DNA of 64,000 nt from Bacteroidales bacterium UBA4070 (GTDB taxonomy: Bacteria; Bacteroidota; Bacteroidia; Bacteroidales; VadinHA17): contig DFYY01000012.1 in the NCBI GenBank assembly GCA_002383485.1, positions 101,717 through 165,716 on the forward strand. Reading direction: 5' to 3'. The notes under the pieces are model-generated. The model made no database searches and was not told where the DNA came from. It was given only the letters and a program-made list of their open reading frames with translations. Below, in pieces: positions 27,285-35,860 of this stretch. How positions within the stretch are numbered: position 1 is the first letter of the stretch; every line of letters starts with the position of its first letter. The position numbers and the translations under genes were made by a program.

Positions 27285-27656
27285 TTATCTCGTCAGGCTC
27301 TCAACCGAAAAAGTATTGTCAGCAATGGTTGCAGAGGTGTTAACCTGGTCAAATTTGACCCTGGAACTTCTTCCGTTAAGATGATTTGTAGCGACCATAT
27401 CCGTCATGACATAACCTTCCTTACCGGCAATTGGCTGGGTGGCCACAATCTCTATCGTCTTGAACAGTTCGTTGTCTAAGTTGTAAAAGTCGATCTTCTT
27501 TGTTTTAAGGCTGCCCGTCTCGAGGTATGTCACCTTTCTCGAAAAACCGTATTCATCGGCTTTATCCATCAGTTGCACGGGATCTGACTGCTGTGCCAGC
27601 ATGGCCTGCAGTGACAGCACCGATACTGCTGACAATAGGAATAACATCATTTTCAT
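27285..27656 (-). CDS. short LolA-like outer-membrane lipoprotein-sorting protein (possibly internally deleted)
   Basis: The signal peptide MKMMLFLLSAVSVLSLQA and a C-terminal ...DNTFSVESLTR resemble the two ends of LolA-like (PF17131-type) proteins. At 123 aa it looks too short for that family. Confidence 0.45.
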   Translation of the reverse strand: MKMMLFLLSAVSVLSLQAMLAQQSDPVQLMDKADEYGFSRKVTYLETGSLKTKKIDFYNLDNELFKTIEIVATQPIAGKEGYVMTDMVATNHLNGRSSRVKFDQVNTSATIADNTFSVESLTR

Positions 27657-28041
27657 TGTTTCTTCTGTTTTTATTGTTTGGTTTCTGATTTGTCTCAATG
27701 AATGAAGGCTTGAAATAAAGCATGAATGCCGGCATGACTATTATGGCGTAGAGAAGGCAGGATCCTATGGCCAGAAGAGTCAGGTATCCGAAGAATCTGA
27801 TGGACAGGAACCCGGAGATAAAGGTGGCCGAGAATCCGGCCATCACGCTCAACGCATTGATAACAATGCTTCGCCCGGTTGTCCTGTAAGTGGCAAGGAT
27901 AGCTTCAGGGTGCGAAATTCCCTTTTTCAGTTCAATCTTGTATCTCCAGAGGAACTGGATGGTAAAGTCAACCCCGACACCAATCATTATTGAAGACAGC
28001 AGTGCGGTGGCAGCGTCGATGGCTACGCCTGTAAGATCCAT
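27562..28041 (-). pseudogene. C-terminal fragment of an MMPL/RND-superfamily exporter
   Basis: ...SSIMIGVGVDFTIQFLWRY...TGRSIVINALSVMAGF...MPAFMLYF is the last transmembrane bundle of MMPL-type exporters, a family far larger than this 159-aa ORF. There is no N-terminal part. The reading frame runs on into the next gene. Confidence 0.6.
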
Positions 28042-28995
28042 TAACGAAGGAGAAGAAGTTCCGGCCGTGCTTCTCGTTGAGGGCTTCGGTTATGTAATGT
28101 CTCGGTATCCCGGTTCTCCTTGAAAGGTCTGCAATTGAAAGGTCCCCGTTAAGAAAGGGTTTCTCTTCATCCATATACTTGAGCAGGGTTGTCAGGTATT
28201 CCTCGGCCTGCTCGTCACGCAACCCGCTCCTGGCATACCTTTCAGTTCCGTTAGCCGGGACAACTGTCTCCTCTTCTGTGCTTACATAAGGATAATCGAG
28301 CATTTCGGGCTGCCGGATTGCATAAAAACTGTAGGCAAACGAGAAGAAGGCAATCATGAAGAATGTAAGTACGTATGGATCAAAGGGAAGCAATCCGGAG
28401 AAAATATCAATTCCTCCAAGTATAAAGACAATAACATAGCCTGCATAAAATGTTATGGAAAGGATTTTCATCCAGTTAAGGGACAGCTTTGCAGAGGTGA
28501 AGGAGATCATATCCCTGAGTCGTTTCTGGTGATCCCGTATTTCAAGGAAAGAGAGGCCGCTGTAGACTGTAACCGACAGAAAGAAGCAGATGCCGTAGAC
28601 AATTCTGAGTGGTATGAACCTGTCTATGACCAGGAATCCGCTCAGGTCATCCAGAACAGGTTCTTCACGGAATATAACCGAGACGGCAAAGAAGACGAGA
28701 AGAGGAATGAAATGAAATGAAGTGCATTCCAGGGTGAGAATCTGAGCAGGGGTCTTGTCATGTGCCTGATGTACAGCCAGAGGAGAGGGCCGTAGGTAAA
28801 AGCGAGGAAGGGGAATGAATACATGTCCAGCACTGTACGGTTGATCAGGGCAAAGATCATTTCTATGCAGAAGAGGAAAACCCATGCAGTCATTATCCTG
28901 TTTGCGGTGGTAAAAGGTTTTCGCGTTGCGATAAGAAGTCCTGCGAAAAACGATTGGGTAATTCCTATATATAAGACTGGTTCAATGAAATCCAT
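28042..28995 (-). pseudogene. membrane-anchored AraC-family regulator, frameshifted and 3'-truncated
   Basis: Two overlapping ORFs (28642-28995 and 27968-28885) together make an N-terminal multi-TM domain plus the first half of an AraC HTH (LSIADLSRRTGIPRHYITEALNEKHGRNFFSFVN). The second HTH half is missing, and the sequence joins directly onto the MMPL fragment. Confidence 0.6.
28706..28720. repeat. (AATGA)3 pentanucleotide repeat at the AraC frameshift site
   Basis: Removing one 5-nt unit joins ...ALHFI to PLLVFFAVSV... in a single frame. Confidence 0.8.
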
Positions 28996-29081
28996 GTCTG
29001 TCAGAATATTCAGCTAAATTAACAAAAGGATTAAAAAATACGTTACATTTGAGATATCAGGCACATAAAGAAGATCGCAAT

Positions 29082-29954
29082 ATGAGTATTTTGCTTAACT
29101 CGGAGTCGAGGGTGATCATTCAGGGCTTCACCGGCAGTGAAGGAACATTTCATGCCGCTCAGATGATCGAATACGGCACAAAGGTTGTTGGCGGAGTAAC
29201 ACCCGGAAAAGGAGGTCAGACACATCTCGGACTGCCGGTATTCAACACCGTGAGGGAGGCAGTCAGAGCCACCGGTGCTGATACCTCAGTGATATTTGTA
29301 CCACCGGCATATGCGTCCGATTCGGTTATTGAGGCTGCTGAAGCCGGTATAATGCTGATTGTAGCAATAACCGAAGGGATTCCGGTTGCCGATATGGTGA
29401 GGGTCAAGAAGTTCCTGCGTGACTATAATGCCACGCTCATCGGTCCGAACTGTCCCGGCGTCATCACGCCGGGCGAGGCCAAGGTGGGCATAATGCCCGG
29501 ATTTATCCATAAGAAGGGAAGGATAGGGGTGATATCGCGGTCAGGGACTCTTACTTACGAAGCAGTTGACCAGCTCACCAAGCTGGGCTTGGGACAATCA
29601 ACATGCGTTGGAATAGGCGGTGATCCGGTGATCGGGTCCACCTCACTTGACATACTCAGACTGATGATGAATGATCCCGGAACGGATGCCATTGTGCTTA
29701 TTGGTGAGATTGGGGGTGTGATGGAGGCAGACGTTGCCTACTGGGTAAAGGATAACGGTACCAAACCGGTTATCGGATTCATTGCCGGTCAGACGGCGCC
29801 CAAAGGCAGACGCATGGGTCATGCAGGTGCCATAATAGGCGGCGCGAATGACACTGCCGAAGCCAAGATGAGAATAATGGCCGAGTGCGGCATACACGTT
29901 GTGAAATCGCCGGCCGATATTGGGTCGATGGTGGCAGAGGTGCTGCATAAATAA
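29082..29954 (+). CDS. sucD: succinate--CoA ligase subunit alpha
   Basis: [26 protein letters not shown], and GHAGAI, where His is the phosphohistidine. Confidence 0.9.
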   Translation: MSILLNSESRVIIQGFTGSEGTFHAAQMIEYGTKVVGGVTPGKGGQTHLGLPVFNTVREAVRATGADTSVIFVPPAYASDSVIEAAEAGIMLIVAITEGIPVADMVRVKKFLRDYNATLIGPNCPGVITPGEAKVGIMPGFIHKKGRIGVISRSGTLTYEAVDQLTKLGLGQSTCVGIGGDPVIGSTSLDILRLMMNDPGTDAIVLIGEIGGVMEADVAYWVKDNGTKPVIGFIAGQTAPKGRRMGHAGAIIGGANDTAEAKMRIMAECGIHVVKSPADIGSMVAEVLHK

Positions 29955-29986
29955 ATTCCTATATTTGTCCCCAAAATTTTACGAAA

Positions 29987-30733
29987 ATGAGATTACTCGA
30001 AGGAAAGACAGCAGTGATCACAGGCGGATCACGCGGCATAGGCAAGGGAATCGCGATGCGTTTCGCTGCCGAGGGTGCCAACATAGCCATCACCAACATA
30101 ATCGACAATGAGGAGTTTGCGGATGCAGTGAGAGAGATAGCTGCCCTCGGAGTGAAGGCAAAGGGATATGTTTCGGATGCTTCAGTCTATGCCGATGCCG
30201 AGAATGTTATTGATAAGATTGTGAATGACTTCGGCAGTGTCGATATTCTTGTCAACAATGCAGGAATAACCCGTGACACTCTTCTGATGAGAATGACCGA
30301 GGAGCAGTGGGATCAGGTGCTGACAGTGAACCTGAAATCGGTCTTCAACCTTACCAAGGCTGCTATTAAACCGATGATGAAGCAGAAAAACGGTTCAATT
30401 ATCAACATGAGTTCAGTGGTTGGTGTAAGCGGTAATGCCGGGCAGGCAAACTACTCAGCCTCCAAGGCCGGTATTATAGGATTCACCAAGAGTGTTGCGA
30501 AGGAATTGGGCTCGCGCAATGTAAGGTGCAATGCCATCGCTCCCGGATTCATCCTGACCGAGATGACAAGCAAGCTGCCGGAAGATGTGAAGAATGACTG
30601 GATAGCGAAGATCCCTCTAAGGCGCGGAGGACTGCCTGAGGATGTGGCAAATGCGACTCTGTTCCTGGCCTCAGACCTCTCATCATATATCACCGGACAG
30701 ACACTTCATGTCTGTGGTGGCATGGCGATGTAA
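29987..30733 (+). CDS. fabG: 3-oxoacyl-[acyl-carrier-protein] reductase
   Basis: TGGSRGIG, NNAGIT, YSASKAG, and the FabG-typical C-terminus GQTLHVCGGMAM. Confidence 0.9.
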   Translation: MRLLEGKTAVITGGSRGIGKGIAMRFAAEGANIAITNIIDNEEFADAVREIAALGVKAKGYVSDASVYADAENVIDKIVNDFGSVDILVNNAGITRDTLLMRMTEEQWDQVLTVNLKSVFNLTKAAIKPMMKQKNGSIINMSSVVGVSGNAGQANYSASKAGIIGFTKSVAKELGSRNVRCNAIAPGFILTEMTSKLPEDVKNDWIAKIPLRRGGLPEDVANATLFLASDLSSYITGQTLHVCGGMAM

Positions 30734-30867
30734 AATAATTTGGGAATTGATTAATTTATTATATTTGCACCGGCAGGGCGCTATTCCCTCAAGCACGAGG
30801 AAATGCAGCGAGACATAATTATTCCACACTTATTTCTTAGGCGCCCTGCTTTTTTTATTGTATATAT

Positions 30868-30939
30868 GCCTCCTTAGCTCAGTGGTAGAGCAGCTCACTC
30901 GTAATGAGCAGGTCGTGGGTTCAACTCCCATGGGAGGCT
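30868..30939 (+). tRNA. tRNA-Thr (anticodon CGT)
   Basis: A manual cloverleaf fits. The acceptor is GCCTCCT/GGGAGGC, the D arm GCTC..GAGC, the anticodon stem GCTCA/TGAGC with loop CTCGTAA, and the T arm GTGGG-TTCAACT-CCCAT. Confidence 0.85.
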
Positions 30940-30949
30940 CGGAGAAAAG

Positions 30950-31049
30950 AAGACAGCAGGCAACAGGCAATAGTGGATTAGGTTGGCCATCAAGAATTGT
31001 AGAACAGAGGCAAAAGAACAATAATATTCCCCGTAGGGGATAAAGAATT
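30950..31049 (+). repeat. composite intergenic element (copy Y) between tRNA-Thr and tRNA-Gly
   Basis: A GGCA-word module (GCAGGCAACAGGCAATAGTGG) is followed by AATTGTAGAACAG, the hairpin TCCCC-GTA-GGGGA (31028-31040), and AAGAATT. The order and spacing match 38119-38242. Confidence 0.65.
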
Positions 31050-31055
31050 AAAGAG

Positions 31056-31128
31056 GCGGGAATAGCTCAGTTGGTAGAGCATCAGCTTCCCAAGCTGAGG
31101 GCCGCGAGTTCGAATCTCGTTTCCCGCT
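31056..31128 (+). tRNA. tRNA-Gly (anticodon CCC)
   Basis: A manual cloverleaf fits. The acceptor is GCGGGAA/TTCCCGC, the anticodon stem TCAGC/GCTGA with loop TTCCCAA, and the T arm GCGAG-TTCGAAT-CTCGT. Confidence 0.85.
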
Positions 31129-31282
31129 CAGACAAAAAGCAGGCCACGCCAGTGACCCCTTTTTACCTGATAGTCAGGTATCTGTTCCGGCAGGTCAGTA
31201 TCCGGCTTTGCGGTCCTCCGGAACCGGAGCATCCAGCCGTGTACCGCACCTCTTGCAGTAAATGGCATCATCATCATGCCTG

Positions 31283-31497
31283 TCATACATGCATGCGGAG
31301 TATATATTCGAGAAGGAAGACTACTGTGATAAACCATTCAATTGTATGTATAACAATCCCGAACTGCTCCCGGATGGATGTAATACTGTCCAGGAGTACA
31401 AGTAATACGCTGAGAAAGATCAGCACAATAATTGTTACATCAAATAGTTTGCCTTCGCGGGTGTGATCTTGTAGATTCTGTTCTTGTTAAATGCCAT
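31283..31497 (-). pseudogene. N-terminal remnant of a voltage-gated-type ion transport (Ion_trans) channel, frameshifted and truncated
   Basis: MAFNKNRIYKITPAKANYLM stops. In the next frame, LFDVTIIVLIFLSVLLVLLDSI...IEWFITVVFLLEYILRMHV stops. This is the S1-S2 pattern of bacterial Kv/Ion_trans proteins. The remaining segments are absent. Confidence 0.5.
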
Positions 31498-31514
31498 TGC
31501 TTCAAGGGGCTGAT

Positions 31515-32447
31515 TCAGAACTGTCTCAGCAAAGCAATACGTTTTTCAATTGGCGGATGGGTCCTGAATATTGAACCGAACTGAAAAGAGACAGGTCTCT
31601 CTTTCTTTGGTTCCGGATTATCAATGAACATCTGTGCCACATCATTGCGCCTGACAGCTTCAATTGTAGGATCGGCTGAGATCTTCTCCAGTGCTGAAGC
31701 CAGGGCAAGCGGATTCCTGGTCATGTTTGCAGAGCCTGCATCGGCCATATATTCGCGCTGGCGCGAAATGGCGAACCGGAAGACGGAGGAGAGGAAGTAC
31801 CCGACTGCGGCAAGCAGCAGTGCAATTATCACAGCCCTGCCGTCTTTCCTGTTGCTGCCACCGCTGAAACGGGTGGTGCGAACCAGTGCTTCAGTGATAA
31901 AGGCAAAAATGCCCACGAAAATTATGGATACGATGAGGAGCCTCACATCCCGGTTACGGATGTGAGTCAGCTCATGAGCAATCACAGCTTCGAGTTCAGC
32001 GTCATCCAGTTTGTCAATTATGCCTCGCGAGAGGGAGACAGTAAAAGTAGGAGTGTTTATGCCGCTTGCAAAGGCATTCAGGGAGTCGTCATTTATTATG
32101 TTGATTTTTGGCATCGGCATACCACTTCCAATGCACAGGTTTTCAACCAGGTTATAAACGCGCTTATTCTCCTTCCTTGCAAGCGGAACGGAGCCTGTAG
32201 CCTTTTCAATCATGGTGGTGTGTGAAAACCAAGCTATTGCAAACCATATCGCCACTACGACGAGAACCCATGGTACGGAACTCATAAACAACTGGTTGGC
32301 CATCTCATACTTTGCACCGGAGGCCGGCTGAAGGAGGAAGATGAAGAGCCATACCAATCCCAGCAGCACCACGGGAAAAAGAATGAGCAAAATGACAGAT
32401 TTGAAGTTATTGCTCCATATCTGACTGTTAAGCCCGGTGTACTTCAT
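31515..32447 (-). CDS. M48 family metallopeptidase (HtpX-like)
   Basis: Two N-terminal TM segments, the HELTHIRNRD (HExxH) motif, and a C-terminal THPPIEKRI. Confidence 0.85.
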   Translation of the reverse strand: MKYTGLNSQIWSNNFKSVILLILFPVVLLGLVWLFIFLLQPASGAKYEMANQLFMSSVPWVLVVVAIWFAIAWFSHTTMIEKATGSVPLARKENKRVYNLVENLCIGSGMPMPKINIINDDSLNAFASGINTPTFTVSLSRGIIDKLDDAELEAVIAHELTHIRNRDVRLLIVSIIFVGIFAFITEALVRTTRFSGGSNRKDGRAVIIALLLAAVGYFLSSVFRFAISRQREYMADAGSANMTRNPLALASALEKISADPTIEAVRRNDVAQMFIDNPEPKKERPVSFQFGSIFRTHPPIEKRIALLRQF

Positions 32448-32452
32448 TCCGG

Positions 32453-33007
32453 TCAGAAGTTCAGTTTTGGCGTCTCCTCTGCCTGTGCCCTGGCTTCAGC
32501 CAGGTCGTACATTGTCTCGCGTTTGAAACCGAACATCCCTGCAACAAGGTTTGACGGGAAGGTCTCAACGGCGTTGTTGAGTTCTTTTGTTGCCGAGTTG
32601 AAGAACCTGCGGGCAGATGCCAGCTTGTTCTCGATGTCAGAGATCTCCTCCTGCAACTGGATGAAGTTGGTGCTTGCCTTCAGGTCAGGATAGGCTTCCA
32701 CGGCTACCCTCAGTCCCTCAAGGGCTGAAGAAAGTTTGCCGTCAGCGGCGATCTTCTCGTCGATACCCTTTGCCTGCATAGCGTTGGCACGGGCATTGGT
32801 GATATCGGTCAGGACAGTGCTTTCGTGCTTCATGTAGGCCTTGACTGCCTCCACAAGCTGTGGTATAAGGTCAAGCCTCTGTTTCAGCTGCACATCGATA
32901 TCCGCAAATGCATTCTCCCTGTTGTTCCTCAGCCGCACGAGGCGGTTGTAAAGGCTTACTGCCAGCAGGGCCAGGACAGCAATGATGATTAGCAGTGCAT
33001 AGAACAT
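32453..33007 (-). CDS. LemA family protein
   Basis: An N-terminal TM segment followed by YNRLVRLRN...AF..IDVQLKQR.DLIP.LV is the LemA signature. It pairs with the M48 gene, as is common. Confidence 0.9.
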   Translation of the reverse strand: MFYALLIIIAVLALLAVSLYNRLVRLRNNRENAFADIDVQLKQRLDLIPQLVEAVKAYMKHESTVLTDITNARANAMQAKGIDEKIAADGKLSSALEGLRVAVEAYPDLKASTNFIQLQEEISDIENKLASARRFFNSATKELNNAVETFPSNLVAGMFGFKRETMYDLAEARAQAEETPKLNF

Positions 33008-33072
33008 CTCTCTTTATATTTATCTATTAGTCAGTAAAAATAATATTTTAAAACATATTTTCTGCCATATTT

Positions 33073-33726
33073 TCACATCTCCTCTCCTGCGTTCCATTCC
33101 ATGAAGAACTGGTCGAGGTAGCGTACCATATAGTCATGCCTCTCGTCAGCAAGCCTGCGGCCGGTGGGAGTGTTCATCAGGTCCCTGAGGAGCAGCAGCT
33201 TGTCATAGAAGTGATGGATAGTTGAAACTGATTTCGAGCTGGTTCCCGGGAGCAGCGGAGGGTCAGTGATCTTCACGCGGTGGTCATAGATATCATTGCC
33301 TTTGAATCCTCCGTAATTGAAGGCCCTGGCAATGCCTATGGCACCCATTGCATCGAGCCTGTCGGCATCCTGCACTATCTGCAGCTCAATGCTCGCCGGA
33401 TCAGCTCTTCTCCCCTTTGAAAAGGAGATGTTTTCATTGATACTGATCACCTCACTGATCACTTCGCTGCTTATTCCAAGTGTGCCCAGTAATTTTCGTA
33501 TCTCTTCCGGTCCGTCATGTGCGGCAAATTTATGGTCACCCACATCGTGCAGCAGCGCCCCCAGTTCAACCGTCAGCCTGTTACCCCGCCCTTCACAATC
33601 GCGGATATACAGGGCCATCCTTACCACCCTTTCAATATGTGACCATCCGTGGCCGCTGTCATGATTCTGCATCGCCTTCATGACAAACCTGCTCACCTCA
33701 TCAATAATCTCCCTCTCATCTTTCAT
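33073..33726 (-). CDS. HD domain phosphohydrolase
   Basis: GHGWSHIERV ... LLHDVGD ... DADRLDA. I chose the ATG at 33726. The longer ORF would overlap the cinA promoter region. Confidence 0.8.
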   Translation of the reverse strand: MKDEREIIDEVSRFVMKAMQNHDSGHGWSHIERVVRMALYIRDCEGRGNRLTVELGALLHDVGDHKFAAHDGPEEIRKLLGTLGISSEVISEVISINENISFSKGRRADPASIELQIVQDADRLDAMGAIGIARAFNYGGFKGNDIYDHRVKITDPPLLPGTSSKSVSTIHHFYDKLLLLRDLMNTPTGRRLADERHDYMVRYLDQFFMEWNAGEEM

Positions 33727-33798
33727 CTGTTCATATCTGATTAAGTGATACAAAATATTGATAATTTTGCCTCCTTCATCATAGGAGGCAAGTAAGAT

Positions 33799-35043
33799 AT
33801 GAACAGCGCAGAGATCATCACCGTAGGGGACGAAATCCTGATCGGACAGACCGTTGACACCAACTCGGCATGGATGGGTATGCAACTCAGCATGAGAGGG
33901 ATAAGGGTCAACCGCATTACATCGGTTTCAGACAGGAGGGAGGAGATAATCAGCGCCCTCAATGAGGCGCTGGGCCGGGCGCCGCTGGTGCTGATGACCG
34001 GAGGACTGGGCCCCACCAGTGATGACATTACAAAGGAGACCCTGGCGGAATATTTCGGTACCAGGCTGGTTATGGATTATGAGGTTCTGGCAGAGATTTC
34101 TGAGCGTATCGCAAAGCGAAACCTGGAGATGAACGAAAACAACCGTCGGCAGGCGCTGGTGCCGGAGTGCTGCAGGGTACTTGCCAACCGTTCAGGTACT
34201 GCACCCGGGATGCTGTTTGAGAAAGACGGAAAGATCATTGTCTCCATGCCCGGTGTGCCCTTCGAGATGAAGCACATCATGCAGATACATGTCCTTCCCA
34301 TGCTGGAATCAATGTCCGGAGGGAGGACAATTGTTCACCGGAATATTATGACTTACGGAACCTTCGAAGCAAAACTTGCCGAGAGGCTCGAAGGCTTCGA
34401 ATCGCAGTTGCCCGACAGTGTCAGGCTGGCTTACCTGCCAGCACACGGGGTGATCAAACTTCGCCTTACCGGGTCGGGAGATGATGGGGAAAATGTGCGC
34501 TGGACCGTTGAGGAGCAGGTAAGGAAACTCTATGAAATCATCCCGGACGTGATTTACGGTGAGAATGAAGTGACGCTTGAGGAGACCGTTGGCAGATTGC
34601 TGCTTGACAGTAAATTAACACTGTCAACAGCAGAGAGTTGTACAGGTGGAAGGATTGCCTCGCTCATCACATCGGTTCCCGGCAGTTCAGCATGGTTCAC
34701 CGGATCGGTTGTTGCCTATGACAATTCAGTCAAGACAGGAGTGCTCGGTGTCAATCCGCAGACTATCAGCAGGTTCGGGGCGGTTAGCGAGGAGACTGCC
34801 AGGGAGATGGCAGAGGGGATGCTTCGCCTTGCGAAGACAGACTATTCAATTGCCGTGACGGGAATCGCAGGACCTGAAGGAGGCACACCGGAAAAGCCGG
34901 TCGGAACCGTATGGATCGCACTTGCATCCCGTAATGGCGTAACAGCTGAGAGACACAGGTTTGCAGACGACCGTGCAATCAATATATCACGCTCTGCCTA
35001 CACCGCTCTCAACCTTCTCAGAAAGCAGATAATCAGTCGTTAA
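33799..35043 (+). CDS. cinA: competence/damage-inducible protein CinA (MoCF-binding domain plus nicotinamide-nucleotide amidase domain)
   Basis: AEIITVGDEILIGQ..DTN, TGGLGPT.DD, and a C-terminal ..AESCTGG..A...T.VPGSS. Confidence 0.9.
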   Translation: MNSAEIITVGDEILIGQTVDTNSAWMGMQLSMRGIRVNRITSVSDRREEIISALNEALGRAPLVLMTGGLGPTSDDITKETLAEYFGTRLVMDYEVLAEISERIAKRNLEMNENNRRQALVPECCRVLANRSGTAPGMLFEKDGKIIVSMPGVPFEMKHIMQIHVLPMLESMSGGRTIVHRNIMTYGTFEAKLAERLEGFESQLPDSVRLAYLPAHGVIKLRLTGSGDDGENVRWTVEEQVRKLYEIIPDVIYGENEVTLEETVGRLLLDSKLTLSTAESCTGGRIASLITSVPGSSAWFTGSVVAYDNSVKTGVLGVNPQTISRFGAVSEETAREMAEGMLRLAKTDYSIAVTGIAGPEGGTPEKPVGTVWIALASRNGVTAERHRFADDRAINISRSAYTALNLLRKQIISR

Positions 35044-35163
35044 ACACGCATTATTCCCGGGTGTTGGAAAAAAATGCGTCTATTATTTGTTTAATAGAAT
35101 AAAAATCACGTATTTTGCGAACCGATTTTTGGAGTTTTCAGAACACGTAAAAACAGGATAATA

Positions 35164-35403
35164 ATGTCAAAGGTTTGTCAGGTCACCGGAAAGAAAGCAG
35201 TGGTAGGGAACAATGTCTCCCACTCGAAGAGGAGGACCAAAAGAAAGTTCATGGCCAACCTGTTCACGAAGAGATATTTTCTTCCGGAGGAGAACAGGTG
35301 GATCACCCTTAAGGTGTCAGCAGCAGGAATGAGAAACATCAACAAGAACGGGCTTGCATCGGTTCTTAAGGAAGCAAAGGAAAAAGGATTCATTATCAAC
35401 TAA
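35164..35403 (+). CDS. rpmB: 50S ribosomal protein L28
   Basis: [11 protein letters not shown]...GNNVSHS..RTKR.F..NL. Confidence 0.95.
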   Translation: MSKVCQVTGKKAVVGNNVSHSKRRTKRKFMANLFTKRYFLPEENRWITLKVSAAGMRNINKNGLASVLKEAKEKGFIIN

Positions 35404-35421
35404 TTTTAAACCGGAGAGAAA

Positions 35422-35610
35422 ATGGCAAAGAAGAGCAAAGGCAACAGGGTACAGGTTATCCTTGAATGCACTGAGCATAAGGAATCCGGACAACCGGGCA
35501 CCTCGAGATATATCACCACAAAAAACCGTAAAAATACTCCTGACCGTCTGGAGAGAAAGAAGTTCAATCCTATTCTCAAGAAGGTGACAGTACACAGGGA
35601 GATCAAATAA
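35422..35610 (+). CDS. rpmG: 50S ribosomal protein L33
   Basis: [18 protein letters not shown]...YITTKN.KN.P.RLE.KK..P. Confidence 0.95.
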   Translation: MAKKSKGNRVQVILECTEHKESGQPGTSRYITTKNRKNTPDRLERKKFNPILKKVTVHREIK

Positions 35611-35620
35611 ACAGTGAGTC

Positions 35621-35776
35621 ATGGCAAAGAAAGTTGTAGCAACACTTAAGTCAGGAACCGGCAGGTCATTCACCAAGTGCATCAAGGTGGTGAAGTCGGA
35701 GAAATCCGGAGCATATCAATTCAAGGAAGAAGTTGTTCATAACGACCACGTTAAGGACTTCTTTACGAAGAAATAA
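35621..35776 (+). CDS. DUF4295 family small protein (51 aa)
   Basis: MAKKVVATLKSGTGRSFTKCIKVVKSEKSGAYQFKEEVVHNDHVKDFFTKK. This small basic protein conventionally follows rpmB-rpmG in Bacteroidota. It is not in the ORF track because it is under 60 aa. Confidence 0.7.
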   Translation: MAKKVVATLKSGTGRSFTKCIKVVKSEKSGAYQFKEEVVHNDHVKDFFTKK

Positions 35777-35805
35777 GATCAGTAATGCTGATCGTGTGAT
35801 ACAGG

Positions 35806-35834
35806 GAGACGCCAATAAGTGCGTCTCTTTTTTT
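35806..35834 (+). terminator. rho-independent terminator of the rpmB-rpmG-DUF4295 unit
   Basis: GAGACGC-8 nt-GCGTCTC followed by T7. Confidence 0.7.
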
Positions 35835-35860
35835 ACTTTTGAGGTATCAACAATTGAGTA

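Noticed and set aside
29082-29954. sucD without an adjacent sucC, considered as a possible anomaly.
   Set aside because: As far as I recall, unlinked sucC and sucD genes are not unusual in Bacteroidota. The gene itself looks intact.
30830-31043. ORFs of 61-63 aa on both strands over tRNA-Thr and the adjacent repeat element.
   Set aside because: They overlap a well-folding tRNA and non-coding repeat modules.
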